A DNA stretch of 64,000 nucleotides. Origin: the human T2T-CHM13v2.0 reference genome, Homo sapiens. The notes under the pieces were generated by a model. That model had not been told where the DNA came from. It searched no databases and was given only the letters and a program-made list of their open reading frames with translations. A program made the translations under genes and the position numbers. Below, in pieces: positions 14,901 through 28,235 of the stretch (its first letter is position 1; each line of letters begins with the position of its first letter). The stretch lies in assembly GCF_009914755.1 (NCBI RefSeq), contig NC_060944.1, one strand, 5' to 3'.

Positions 14901-16596
14901 GCGCCATCCTGACTCAGCGGTGTGGTTCTGGGGTCTCCTGAGACACCACTGTGTGCCCGACACCCAGCTTGCGGCCTCCTTCCCTCCACCATCTCTCTCC
15001 TCATCCACGAGTCAGGTTAATCCTCCCCCTTGACCCCACACACCGCAGCAAAGTTTTAGGAAGTTGCCTGTGGTTGCCCTTTGGTGTATGGACTCCAGGG
15101 TGGCTCCTGTGGAGGTGGGAAGAGCCTTGGGGGCTTCCAGGCAAGAGAGGTGAGTGGGGCTTAGCCTAGGCTGTGGTGGTGGGGTTGGTGAAGAGGGAAG
15201 GAATTGGAGAGAGGCCCTGGACACAGAGCCCAGAGGAGTTGCCTGCAGGTTGGATGTGTCTGTTACGGTGAGCTGCAAGCAATCTGAGGGCAGGAGGGTA
15301 CCTCATCTCCCTCAGCGTCTCTCTAGTGTGTGAGGCTGTGTAGTTTGTGGATTTGAATAGACTTGGAGCTTTTGGGGCATCTTCCTGGGACAACCTCAAT
15401 TTATTTGGCATCTTCTCAGAGTTTATCTGTGGGCATGGCAGGAGTGACCCCAGACTGGGTTCAGCCCTCTCTTCCTGGCTGAGCCTCTTTGGGTCTTAGT
15501 CTGCTCATCTGTAGAATGGGAATAGAATCCTTCACTCTGTGGCCTGTTGTTTTAAGTTTTCAATAAGACCTGGTATTGGAAGCCCCCATCAAAGTGAGGA
15601 GCTCATGAAGCACAGGCGTTGGGCACCAGATGCAGGATCTCTTCCTGATGGCCGAGCAATGTGGCGCTAAGCGGGGTGTCTGCGGTTCGCCCCGCCCAGG
15701 TCAGCAGCACGACAAGGGGCAGGCCTTGGATTCTCTTAGACCTGCTCACAGCCTGGGCTTCTGGGGCCCTGAATGTGGCCAGTGCTCAGGTGGTTGGGAG
15801 CTGGCCTGGCAGCACCTGGGGCTCCCAAACACAAGGGAAGACAGGCAGCTGGGATGGTGACCCTGGGGACCCTGCTATCCTGTGGAGGCCCCAGGATTCC
15901 GACTTGTACCCGGGCTTGCTTGGTGCTGTCTTGGGACTGTCTCTGGGCTGGGACAGTGAGCTCTTGGATGGGCCCTCGGCTGTCAGTGCCTCAGAGCTGC
16001 AGAAGGTCAGAGCCAGGCCTGGGGTGGACCAAGTGGTATCTACACCCCTCCCAAATGTGTCCGAACTGGGTAGTTTTGTGCAGCTCACTCTGCCTCTCTG
16101 AGCCTTGGTTTCCTCACCTGACCTGCACAGTGGAAGAGGAGAAGAGCCTGACAGGAAGGCCGGATCAAGCTGGTAGGGTTTCAGTGCAGGCCCTGGCAGA
16201 GCAGCCCCGAAGCTTGGGAAGGCCAGGAAATCCCGCGCTGGTCTCCAGACCTGCCTGCCCGAGGAGTCGAGCTTCTGATGAAATTCAGCTGAGATTTCGG
16301 TTTTTTGTGCTCTGTACCCTGACAAGGGGCAGGAATCGGGAGCCAGCCTCGGCTGTCAGTGTCCTGGGCTGGTTCCCTCCCACCTCCCGCTTAAAGGTGT
16401 CATTAGCAAGGGCAAGACGTCTTCTAACAGGTGGAAACAACTTGTCAAGACAGCCTGTGGCTGCTGCGTTTAGAGACCCAGAGACCCTGAATGTGGACTA
16501 ACGCCCCCAGAATGTTCAGAATTAATGTGCTGCCCCAGGCAGTGCTGGGGCGGGGGGCATGGCTCTGACTCCTGCCCTTGGGTTTGCCCCACTCTG

Positions 16597-17484
16597 CCCT
16601 CTTCCCCTTCTCCCGTTCCTTCCCCTTCTCCTGTTCCTCCTTCTCCTGTTCCTTCCCCTTCTCCTGTCCCCCCTTCTCCTGTTCCTTCCCCTTCTCCTGT
16701 CCCCCCTTCTCCTGTTCCTTCCCCTTCTCCTGTCCCCCCTTCTCCTGTTCCTTCCCCTTCTCCTGTCCTCTCTTCTCCTGTTCCCCCTTGTTCTCGTTCC
16801 CCTTCTCCTGTTCCCCCTTCTCCTGTCCCCGCTTCTTCTGTCTCCCCTTCTGTTCCCTCCTTCTCCTATTCCCCGCTTCTCCTGTTCCCCCCTTCTCCTG
16901 TCCCCGCTTCTCCTGTTCCTCTCCCTTCTCCTGTTCCCCACTTCTCCTCTTCCCACCTTCTCCTGTTCCTGCCTTCTCCTGTCCCCCCTTCTGCTGTTCC
17001 CCCTTCTCCTGTTCTGCCCTTCTCCTGTTCCCCCTCCTCCTGTTCCCCCCTTCTCTGGTTCCCTCCTTCTCCTGTTCCCCCTCCTTCTGTTTCCCCCCTT
17101 CTCCTCTTCCCACCTTCTCCTGTTCCCCCTTCTCCTGTCCCCCACTTCTCCTGTTTCTGCCTTCTCCTGCCTTCTCCTGTTCCCCCTTCTCCTGTCCCCC
17201 GCTTCTCCTGTCTCTGCCTTCTCCTGCCTTCTCCTATCCCCCCTTCTACTGTCCCCCCACTTCTCCTGTTCCTCCCCCTTCTCCTGTTCCTCCCCTTCTG
17301 TTCCCCCCTCTCCTGTTCCCCCTTCTCCTGTTCCTCCCCATTCTCCTCCCTGTTCCTCCCCCTTCTCCTCCCTGTTCCTCATTTTCCCCCTCTCTTTTCC
17401 TCCCCTTCCTATTCTTTTCCCTCTTCCCTTCCCCCTCCTCCCCTCCACTTACCCCTCTCCCTCCCTGTCCTTCTCCCTCTTCCC
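16597..17484. repeat. ~890-bp polypyrimidine/polypurine minisatellite (CCCCTTCTCCTGT core)
   Basis: 13-18-bp units; 33-bp higher-order unit repeated ~4x near 16640-16770; almost no A on the + strand. Confidence 0.97.
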
Positions 17485-17494
17485 AGCTAATTGT

Positions 17495-17660
17495 ATTGAG
17501 GCTGTACCTTGTGATAGGAACTTTGGGTAGCTCTCTTAGCTCATATCACACCATCCCTGGGGAAGGGTACCCCATTGTACAGGTGGGTACACAGAAGAGG
17601 GGAGAGATGCCCCCACTACAATGTGCTGGGAGCAGAATTTGGACCTGGATCTGAGTCCAG
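17495..17660 (-). mobile_element. Degenerate MIR
   Basis: ccccattgtacaggtgggtacacaga...gggagcagaatttggacctgg resembles antisense MIR core. Confidence 0.55.
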
Positions 17661-17864
17661 CTCCTCCATCCCCTGCAGGAAGGATCTGGGCTCTTGGGGT
17701 GTCAGGGGGCAACTACCTCTTCATAGCAAAGCTTCATTCGTTAAGTTCCTGGTTCTGGGCTATTGTCCCTGTCTCCGAGGATCAGAGAGGTGAAGTCCCC
17801 TGCCTGGGTTCAGATGGTTATGGAGTAGGGGTCCTGGTTCAGACCCATGGCTGTCTTTCTTGCC

Positions 17865-18079
17865 AGCAGCTCTTCTTTCTTTGGGGTGATTTTTCCCCCA
17901 GGGGACACTGCAGTGCCTGGAGACATTCTGGTTGTTATAACTGGGGTGGAGGGTGCTTCTGGCCTCTGGCATGTAGCTGTCAGGGATGCGGCTAAACCTC
18001 CTGCAATGCACAGCACAGCCCCCACCACAGAGAATTGTGTGGTCCCAAATGTCACCAGTGCTGAGGCTGAGAAACCCTG
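17865..18079 (+). mobile_element. MER20 (hAT-Charlie)
   Basis: ggggtgatttttccccaggggacac...aaatgtcaccagtgctgaggctgagaaaccctg. Confidence 0.88.
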
Positions 18080-18756
18080 CACCAGGCCCCTCCCCAGCTG
18101 ACCCTATGTTCCTGCAACTAAGCCAGCAGTAGACATACCTGCAGCAGCAGGTGTTGGTGCTACAGGTGACCCTAGGTCCTCGACCTCCCCATCTGTCTGC
18201 CACCTGGGCCTGGGCCTGGGCCTGGAATAAAAGGTGCACCAAGGGTCCCTGGCTTCAGCATTTTTTGTTTTCAGGTTGCATATCAGACTCCTTCTTGCCT
18301 CCTGAGGTCCCTTGGGACTTGGCTCCAGGCAGCCTCCCTGATCTAAGACTTCAGCAGCCGCCTCAGGACTCTGCATGGCCAAGGTCCCCTCTGCCCCAGG
18401 TCACCAAGGTCATTGTGGTAGGGAAGGAGAAGAGAGGGCCCTAAGAAAAACTCCAGTCCCACTAGTTCCTGGAACTTGCCTAAGGCCAGGAGAAGTTGCT
18501 GCCATCGTGGGTTCTGTATATGGGATTCAGGACTTTGGTTCAGGTGGTTTCTGCCAGGCTCTGGCCAGATGCCAGCCTAGGCAGTGTCCTGGCAGTGCTG
18601 AGTGACACATCTCGGGCACAGAGAGGAGTGGGCGCCTGGCCCTGAGCAGAGGGGAGGCTTGTTGGGGGCCAGCACTTGATCCACTGAGCCGGACCCTCAG
18701 ACCCTGGGTTGCCCTCCTCACCCCCACCCCCACCTCATCTCTGCTTCCTGCAACAT

Positions 18757-20876
18757 CTATATTTAAAAATGTTGACAGATAATAATGGTGTTCAGCCCCA
18801 AAATGCAGACAGGAGCTTCCTGACAATTGCAGTGCTGCGCCGGGTTGGAGGTTTTCTCAGGGAGCGGAGCGAGTCCCCAGGAGCAAGTGAGAGTGCCAGG
18901 GCTGTGAGGGCTCTTTGCCAATCTTGACCTTTCAGGGAGATTTGAGAGAAAGACTCCAGAAGCCCGCGGGGAGAGCAGGGGTTCTGGGGAAGATGAAGCC
19001 CTTCATCCAGGATCCCTCTGTGACCATAAGGTGAGTTGCTTTGCCCCACATCTCTGGTGAGGCAGAGGGCAGGGACTCTGCTTAGGGAGCAGGCTTCTTA
19101 AAGGCAAAGGGTTTGCAAATTCTAGCAGCAGCAGGGCCCTAAGAGAATGGCTTTTTTTTTTTTTCTTGAATCGGATGACTGCATTTGGAGTCTGGGGTGA
19201 GGGGTGGGGGCTGCCCCTCTTGGAGCCACAGATGGGTCATTTTTATGTATCAAGGGAGTCAGACCAGGATCAGCCCTGGGTTTCTGGCACAGAGTCCAGA
19301 AAGAGTCACGAAGGTCTTTTGTTTGCATGTGAATGGTATTTTACCCTATTACTTCTGGGCTAAAAATAAAAATTCCCCTCAGATGCCTTTTTGTCTGTAG
19401 ATTGTAAGATCGTTTCCAGGAAATAATAGATTGTCATTGATGTGCGTTTTGACTGCATGGTGTCCTATTCTTAAGCCAGGTTTTATAAAAATTCAAAGTA
19501 GAGGAGGTTTCCCACAGTGGAGATTGAAGCCTTCATTTAGTGTCAGGAACATATGCTCCACTATCAGGAGTCATTGTCCTTCCGGGATCTCCACCACTGA
19601 ACCCTGGGTGGGAGTGTGGGAGTGGGTGAGGGAGAAGGCACACTTGGCTTTTGTGTGGTTTTACATTTGGTATCATTTGTGGACTTTTGGTTCTGAAAAA
19701 TGGTTTGCAAGTGAAGTTGGATGTCTGGAGTTGGGGCCCAAGAAGGCGATGGAGAAGTGAATTCTAATTCACAGTTAATATGGGTCATGGTTAAGTTCTT
19801 GGAAGCAACATTGGTTTCCAAAGGTGCCTGCTGCGTTTTTAAGCTGCAAGGTTTTATGTTTTTTTGACCCAGTGGAAAATGGCGATTCAGGATCCCAAGG
19901 ACTTCAGGAGAGGTTGTCTGAATGCTAAAACCCCTTCCCTGAAATGCTTGCTTTCTTTTTAGAGGACAGGAAATATGGGAAATTAACAGTCCTTTTGTGG
20001 AGTGTGGTTTGCGTGTTGTTCTTTGAGGAGGAATTACGGAATTATGTGCGTGTATAATGATGGTAACCACATACACAATCGAAGAATAACAAGTCAGAAA
20101 AATCCATGGTGAGGTTCATTCAGAAATAATCAAGAGTGTATTGTTTAATTAAGGAGAGGATCAGAGGAATGCAGTCCCAGAGCCACCATTTCGGTTGTCA
20201 CCTAGGTGCAACTCTCAGCAGAAGGAAGCATTCCCAATAAGATGTTCTGAAAACGTACTGCCGTTGAATCTCACAACTTTCACCCCACAAGCTGCAATAA
20301 GAGGCCAGTATGAAAATGCGCTCTTTCTTCCCCATACATTTTCTTCTGTTCCTGAGCCGAGCCCATAGGTAGCTTGGCAGTTTGCAATTCTCTGTCTACA
20401 CGGAATAGATATAGATTTTTTTTTCCTGTATGTTTTGGGTATTAACTCTTTGGTTGCCAAGCTGTTGAGCCCTGAGTCTATATTATACACCTTCAGCCCG
20501 TGGCTTACAGGGCTTCAACACATCGTTGTTATATAATGCAGTAGTTTTGCTTGTGGGGTGACTGTTCATATCGTGGATGCTCAGAAAATTCTATTTTTAA
20601 AGTATAAAATACCACTCTTCAGAGCAGCCTGCTCACTCCTGCCTCCCTGGGAGCCACACGCTTTGCACCGTGGAGTTGTTGGCATGAAGGCACATGACAT
20701 ATGGATGGGAGTGCATTCCTCCTGTCTAGGGCCTCTTAGGACCCGAGGAATGGCTGGAGGCAGTTTCTCTCCAGTCCTGAGGTTGATGATCCGAAGCTCT
20801 TGGTGCTGAGCCTGTGCTGCTATTTTTAGCTTCCTTTCTTCCCTGCATCTTGACATAATTCGACATGTCGCAGCTG
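18757..20876. promoter_or_regulatory. Candidate enhancer with four MEF2-consensus sites
   Basis: YTA(W)4TAR matches at 18757, 19360, 20591, 20820 in apparently repeat-poor DNA; motif evidence only. Confidence 0.35.
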
Positions 20877-21119
20877 AATCTCATCTACTTGCAGAGCTTA
20901 CCGTGTTTTGTAATCTGTGTTTTGTGGGGCAGAAATAGTCCTTGCCAGAGCATATTATATCATTATTATTCAGGGGGAAAGTTATGATACTATCAATTAA
21001 CTTTAGAAGATGCAAAACACAATTGATCCTTTGATTTTCTTTCTACTGCTAATTTCCTGGCTGGGAGCACCTGGAGGGTAGGCACTCCTCCTCCTTCTGC
21101 CGGACCAGAAGGCAGCAAG

Positions 21120-21310
21120 CAGTGGTTCTCACATCTTGGGAACCTGTATCAGAAGCACCTGGAGGGGCTGTTACAAAGGCAATTGCAGCCCCACTGGCAG
21201 AGTTTCTGAGTTAGCAGGTCTGGGTGGGGTGGGGGGGCAAGTAATTTGCATCTCTCACAAGTTCCCAGGTGATGCTGACGCCGGTCCAGCACTGCACTTT
21301 GAATCACAGA
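21120..21310 (+). mobile_element. MER5A (hAT-Charlie)
   Basis: cagtggttctca...atcagaagcacctggagg...atttgcatctctcacaagttcccaggtgatgctga. Confidence 0.85.
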
Positions 21311-21855
21311 TGGAGATCACGGCAGAGGGTTGGTAAATATTTAGGGGGTGGACGATGCCTACATGCAGAGAGCCAATTTAAGAAATATACAGATGGTGGA
21401 GCAGGAGATTTTCAGTTGTTGTGTATCCTGTCCACGCGGTTGAAGATGGACTTGATTGAAAAAGAAATTAAAGTTGAAATAAAATTAGCTGACTGAGAGG
21501 ATGGCTCCTGACAGTGTCCAATGCTGTGATGTTATTTAGGGAGGATGAAGCATCACGACTCAGACAACTTACTTTGAGATGGCCAACAGCACACACAGAC
21601 ATAAATGAAGTGCGTGTACATGCACACACACGAAACTCAGCAAAATATTAACTGCTGAAACAATAGGTGTTCATATTATTCTAATTTCATACTATTTCTA
21701 TTTCTAATACTTTTCTTCATAACAAACATTGTATTAACATGGCAAACACAATAATAGGGCTTAGGACAGCTTTTCTTGTGTGTGTGCTTAATAGTAAATC
21801 AAGGTCACCCACATGTTCACAGCTGTGTTGCTCTGGGTGGCATGGGCATCGGTAC

Positions 21856-22214
21856 TGTATTAGTCCATTTTTACACTGCTGATAAAGACGTACCCAAGAC
21901 TGGGTAATTTATAAAGAAAAAGAGGCTTAATGGACTCACATTAAGCCTCTGGGGAGCCCTCACAATAATGGCAGAAGGTGAAAGGCATGTCTTACGTGGC
22001 AGCAGACAAGAGATAATGAGGACCAAGTGAAAGGGGTTTCCCCTTATAAAACCGTCAGATCTCATGAGACTTATTCACTACCACAAGAACAGTATGGGGG
22101 AGACTGCCCCCATGATTCAGTTACCTCCTGCTGGGTCCCTCCCGCAACACGTGGAAACTATAGGAGCTACAATTCAAGAAGAGATTTGGGTGGGGACACA
22201 GCCAAACTGTATCA
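21856..22214 (-). mobile_element. THE1 (MaLR) solo LTR, THE1B/C-like
   Basis: tgtattagtcc...gagatttgggtggggacacagccaaactgtatca, 359 bp; TSD ggtac/ggcac. Confidence 0.93.
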
Positions 22215-22437
22215 GGCACACGCATCGCTTTAGGGAGTTCTCATTTCCTTCCATTCAACCTGATCCTTTATCTGCTTGTTCTTTCCTCCTTTCCCTTCCA
22301 TTCTCTTTCACTCCCTCCTCCCTGGCTTCCCTCTCTTCTGCTCTCCCTCCCTCCTTCCTTCTTCCTGTCCCCATCTCCTGTCTTCTGGTGACTCTGGGTC
22401 AAAGGACCCTGGTCCAGAAGGGTTCCGTGTGGGGATG

Positions 22438-23254
22438 TGTTGTGCTGAACCCCTGTTAACCTCAGTAGGGAAGGTACCAGGTTCAAGAGGCCAAAGAAGA
22501 GACCTGGAGCCAGCAAACAAGACATACAGTTTTATTATGGACTTACATGCAGGGAAGAGAGTCCAGTGGTGGCAGGTTGAAGAGAACTGTCTTAACATAC
22601 AGAAACGGTCCAGTGGTGGCAGGCTGGACAGGAGAACTGCCTTAATGTTCAGAAACGGTCCAGTGGTGGCAGGCTGGACAACATATCCACCTTCCTACAG
22701 TCTGGTGGTGGCAGACTGGGCAAGAAAACCACAACTGCAACCGCCTGCGAACATCATGCAGTTTACGCAGCATTTTCATTTAGCACCCTCCTCCTAACAG
22801 CCCTCACCTGGCAACCTTCATGTAACCCAAGCTTGTCCAACCCAAGGCCTGTGGGACGCATGCAGCCCAGGATGGCTTTGAATGCGGCGCAACACAAATT
22901 TGTAAACTTTCTTAAAGTGTTATGAGATTTTTTTTTTTAGCTCATCAACTATCATTAGTGTTAGCGTATTTTATGTATGGCCCAAGACAATTCTTCTTTT
23001 TCTAATGTGGCCCAAGGAAGCCAAAAGATTGGACACCCCTGATAGTAACCCAAAACTCAGGGCCTCAATCCCCTGTACAGCCCGTGTTCCACAGGACAGG
23101 CCGGAGGCTCAGATGTTGTGGTAGATAGGAACAGATCTCTGGGTGGGCCACTCCCGGATTCCCTAGTTTGGAACACACATTCAGGTGCACCTGTCATACA
23201 GGGTCATTCTAAGGGTATGCTTAAAATATTGATGTCAGGTGTGTTTACCCTGCA
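22438..23254 (-). mobile_element. ERV solo LTR (probably ERVL class; family uncertain), interrupted by MER30
   Basis: TG...CA termini, perfect 5-bp TSD GGATG (22433-22437, 23255-23259), antisense AATAAA near 22530, internal repeats of gtccagtggtggcagg. Confidence 0.75.
22828..23041 (-). mobile_element. MER30 (hAT-Charlie)
   Basis: caagcttgtccaacc...gccaaaagattggacacccctg; flanks atgtaacc / atagtaacc resemble an 8-bp TSD. Confidence 0.9.
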
Positions 23255-23309
23255 GGATGCTGTGGCATCTGCCCAGGAAAAAGTTGAATTATGCCAGTTA
23301 TTGTTTTCC

Positions 23310-23490
23310 CAGGGTTTTCAGGCTGCCTCCTTGTTTTTTAAATAAAGTTTTATTAGAACACACTCACACCCATTTACTTACACACTTCTCTGGCTGCTTT
23401 CCAGCAGCATAGCTGAGGCAGAGACCATAGATCCACACAACTGAAAATATTTACTTCTGGCCTGTTGCAGAAAAAATTTGCCCATGCTGA
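23310..23490. mobile_element. MER58A-like
   Basis: aaataaagttttattagaacac...ctgaaaatatttacttctggcctgttgcagaaaaaatttgcc. Confidence 0.75.
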
Positions 23491-23992
23491 TTTGTTTCTG
23501 TGGGCTGGCTGTCTTGGAGATTCCACACGTACACACATGTGCACATGTGCATACATACTCATACTAAGGACATGCAGCAAGACGTTAAGGGTTGTGGAGT
23601 CTAGAGTACATGTGATTGTTCATTGTACCATTTTTTTTTCTACTTTTTCACGTGTCCAAAAAATTTGTAAAACATTTTGATGACTGTGGCAGTGACCACC
23701 CCAGGGTCTCTAGAGGAATGCCACAGGGGTCCATCCCAGGTTCTGAGTCTTCAACATTTGCCTCACCCACTTGGCAGGTTAATCAAATGGGTAGATGACA
23801 CAAATCAATAAAAGCATTAACAAAGTGTCCCATATATTCAAGAGCCAAACAGATATCTCAACAGACTGTTAGGGAGGCTGAGTCAACAAGGAGAAGTTTA
23901 ATGTTCATAAGCTTCAGGTATCCAGCTCAGATTTACAAAGATCTTTGCCCAGGTCCTGCAAGGAGCAGACTTTGATAGGAATCAGGCCTCTG

Positions 23993-25660
<1,668 letters not shown>

Positions 25661-27147
25661 AATGTGAGCTAACGCGCTCTCTCCCTGACTTAGTCATTTG
25701 TCTGCCACCTGTAGTCTAATTTGCCAAATACTTTCTTTTAAACCAGGTCTTTTTTTTTTTTTTCAAATTTAAACTCATTTTAAAAGGATATCTATGTTGC
25801 ACTTTTAAGTAGAAATCCAATATTGCTTGCCTTTGATAAAAGGTAACCATAAAATAAAACAATGACAACAAAACAACATTTAGTTCAAGTTAGGCATAGT
25901 CTCTCACTAAGGATTTTGAGCCAGAGGGTCTTATGTATTATCCAAACACAGAGATCAACAAGTGTCAGATGCCAGGGTCGTCATAATACCAAACTAAGAC
26001 TCTCCTCTTGAAGTTCTTGGAAGATTGGAGGGAAATTGGCAAGAAATTAGCTTCTGTTGCTTTGTCCTGGGTCCACGAATCCCTTAAAGTCCCCTTTTAC
26101 CCTGTTATGTGCCTGGCCCTTGGGGAGATGCTGAGCTGAGCAGCCGTTATAGTGGGTAGAAGAAGGAAGCTTGGGGTCCAGCTTGACCCTCTGCTAGAGG
26201 TTGGGTTTGCCTTAGGACTATGTATTTTCTGAAAGGCAAACTGCAATTTGCAAGAACGCAGAGAGGGGCAATGGCTGTTTATTCTAGAACAGACTTGGGG
26301 GATGAGAACCTTGGAAAGAAAGGGTGGGATTTTTCCTGCATGGTTCTAGGATGTGGCCCTGCAGCCAGCTGGGAAGGATAAAAGGATACAAGTGGGTTGG
26401 TTTCACTTCCCTCTGGGCACAGGCTTTCTCTCTGAGAATTCTCACTGGGGCTCATATCTTTTAAATTAAGTAGTCTGCTCCTGAATAATATCTTTCTTTG
26501 GGGCTGTTTCTTTTTCAGTTTATATATTGGGGTCCCTTTTTGACATTATAGGCTTTCCTCAAATGCCTGGTGAGCCAGGATCGACCTTGTTCATTGCAGA
26601 ATGAAGCAGCAAAGAGCTGGTGTGTGCTCACGGTGTGTTTCAGCTGGTGGGTTTTGTTTCAGGTTGCCCAGGCCTGGAGGTGGCCTTGGTGCTGAGGGGC
26701 CTTTGCAGAACCTTCTCTTTGTGGCTGGTCTGGAGACAGGCAAGGATGCTCCTGTACTTTTTGCCTGGAGATGGGAGTTGTCCATGTTATCTGCAATCCA
26801 CCCTAGGCTGATGGTGAGGGAGGGAGTCTGCTGTCATAGGAAGCATGTAAACAGACTCAGGCTTCTCTCAGCATGAGAAGGGATTTTGGATCTCTGAGGT
26901 CCTTCCTACTGTGGATTTGCAGTTTCCCTCCACAACCTCACCCGCAGGAATCCGGAAGCGCCTGATGCCTTCCCTGGGCTGGGAGCCCCTAGAGAGGAGG
27001 ATCTGCTGAGCTGTTATGACATCGTGCCCACAACTGTGCAGGCATTTGGGAGATGCTCTGAAAATGCCCGATGAAGGGTTGTGAGGATGAAAGAATCTGC
27101 TGCTGAACACAAACTGCTGGGCTCCAGGCTACTGAGCCCAACTTATT

Positions 27148-27238
27148 CCATGGCCCAGCATGTCCCACGGCTCAGCATGTCCTGTGGCTCAGCACGTCCC
27201 TTGGCTTCCCATGGCTCAGCACGTCCCGTGGCTCAGCT
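27148..27238. repeat. 17-bp short tandem repeat, ~4.5 units
   Basis: ggctcagca(c/t)gtcc units at ~27152, 27169, 27186, 27213, partial at 27230. Confidence 0.85.
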
Positions 27239-27619
27239 CTCACTCCTTTGCTTCTGCAGGTCCCTTGGTCTGGCGTGTCCTCCCCACTCTTCCTGAGTTC
27301 TCTGAATTCTACTTGTGGCTCCAGGGCCCCCTCTTTCATGAAACCTTGACTCACCACCTCCACCTCTTTCCCCACCTCACCCACCACTGTCCTGCTCTTG
27401 GGGCCCTGCACCCACCTCCTGCTGGGCCCCTGCTTCTGCCCTGCAGTGCTGTGGCCCCCTTCCTGCCCAGCAGCTGGGAAGGCATCCTGAAGTGCATATC
27501 AGATCTTGCCCTGTCCCTGCCTCCCATTGCCTCTGGACCACAGCCTCTGAGATCCTGCCTGCCTTCCTCATCTTGTCTTCCATTCCTGGGGAACAGTGGC
27601 CACATAGCCAGGTGGCTGG

Positions 27620-27820
27620 CAGCACGGACTTGGGAGACCCTACCAGCCTGGGTTTGAACCCTGTCTCTACCGCCTGCTTGCTTTGTGACCTGGTTCCTCA
27701 TTTTCCTCATCTGTAAGATGGTGGTGTTGAAAGGACCCGTCTGGTAGGGTTGTTCTGAAGGTTGAGATATTCAAATGCTGAGAACACCACCCAGCACAAG
27801 GCTGGTGAATGCTCCAGGAG
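27620..27820 (+). mobile_element. MIR
   Basis: cctgggtttgaaccctg...ttttcctcatctgtaagatgg. Confidence 0.7.
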
Positions 27821-27879
27821 GGTTCACTGCGCCGTTGCCATTTTCCTGTTGATCCTGGAGTTCCGGCCACTCTGGCCTC

Positions 27880-28235
27880 TGCTCACATAGCTGGAACTCG
27901 TCAGACCATCTCCCACCTCAAGGTCTTTGCCTCTACCGTGCTGTCTCAGGACACTCGTCCCCTGCCTTACCATTCGGTCAGCCCATTATCCTTCGGGCCT
28001 CAGGTTGAATGTCACTTGCTGAGAGCAGCCCTCTCTGACCATCCTTTTAGAGTGGCTTCCCCGCCTCACATTCCCCGTTACAGTCTGGCCTGATTGTATC
28101 TGCCAGTGGGTTCTGCTTCCCCCAACCACAACTTGCCCATCATGAGGGGGCAGCCTTGCCTGTTGTCCCCTGCACTGCATCAACACTGCCTGGACCAGAG
28201 GCCCTCGGTAACTGCCAGTTGGCTGAATGAATGCA
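27880..28235 (+). mobile_element. L2 3' fragment
   Basis: cacctcaaggtctttgc...aatgtcacttgctgagag...gctgaatgaatg tail. Confidence 0.7.

Noticed and set aside
16445-17654. Five overlapping 222-358-aa ORFs (Pro/Ser/Leu-rich or Glu/Lys/Arg/Gly-rich)
   Set aside because: Stop codons are excluded by the base composition of the polypyrimidine tract.
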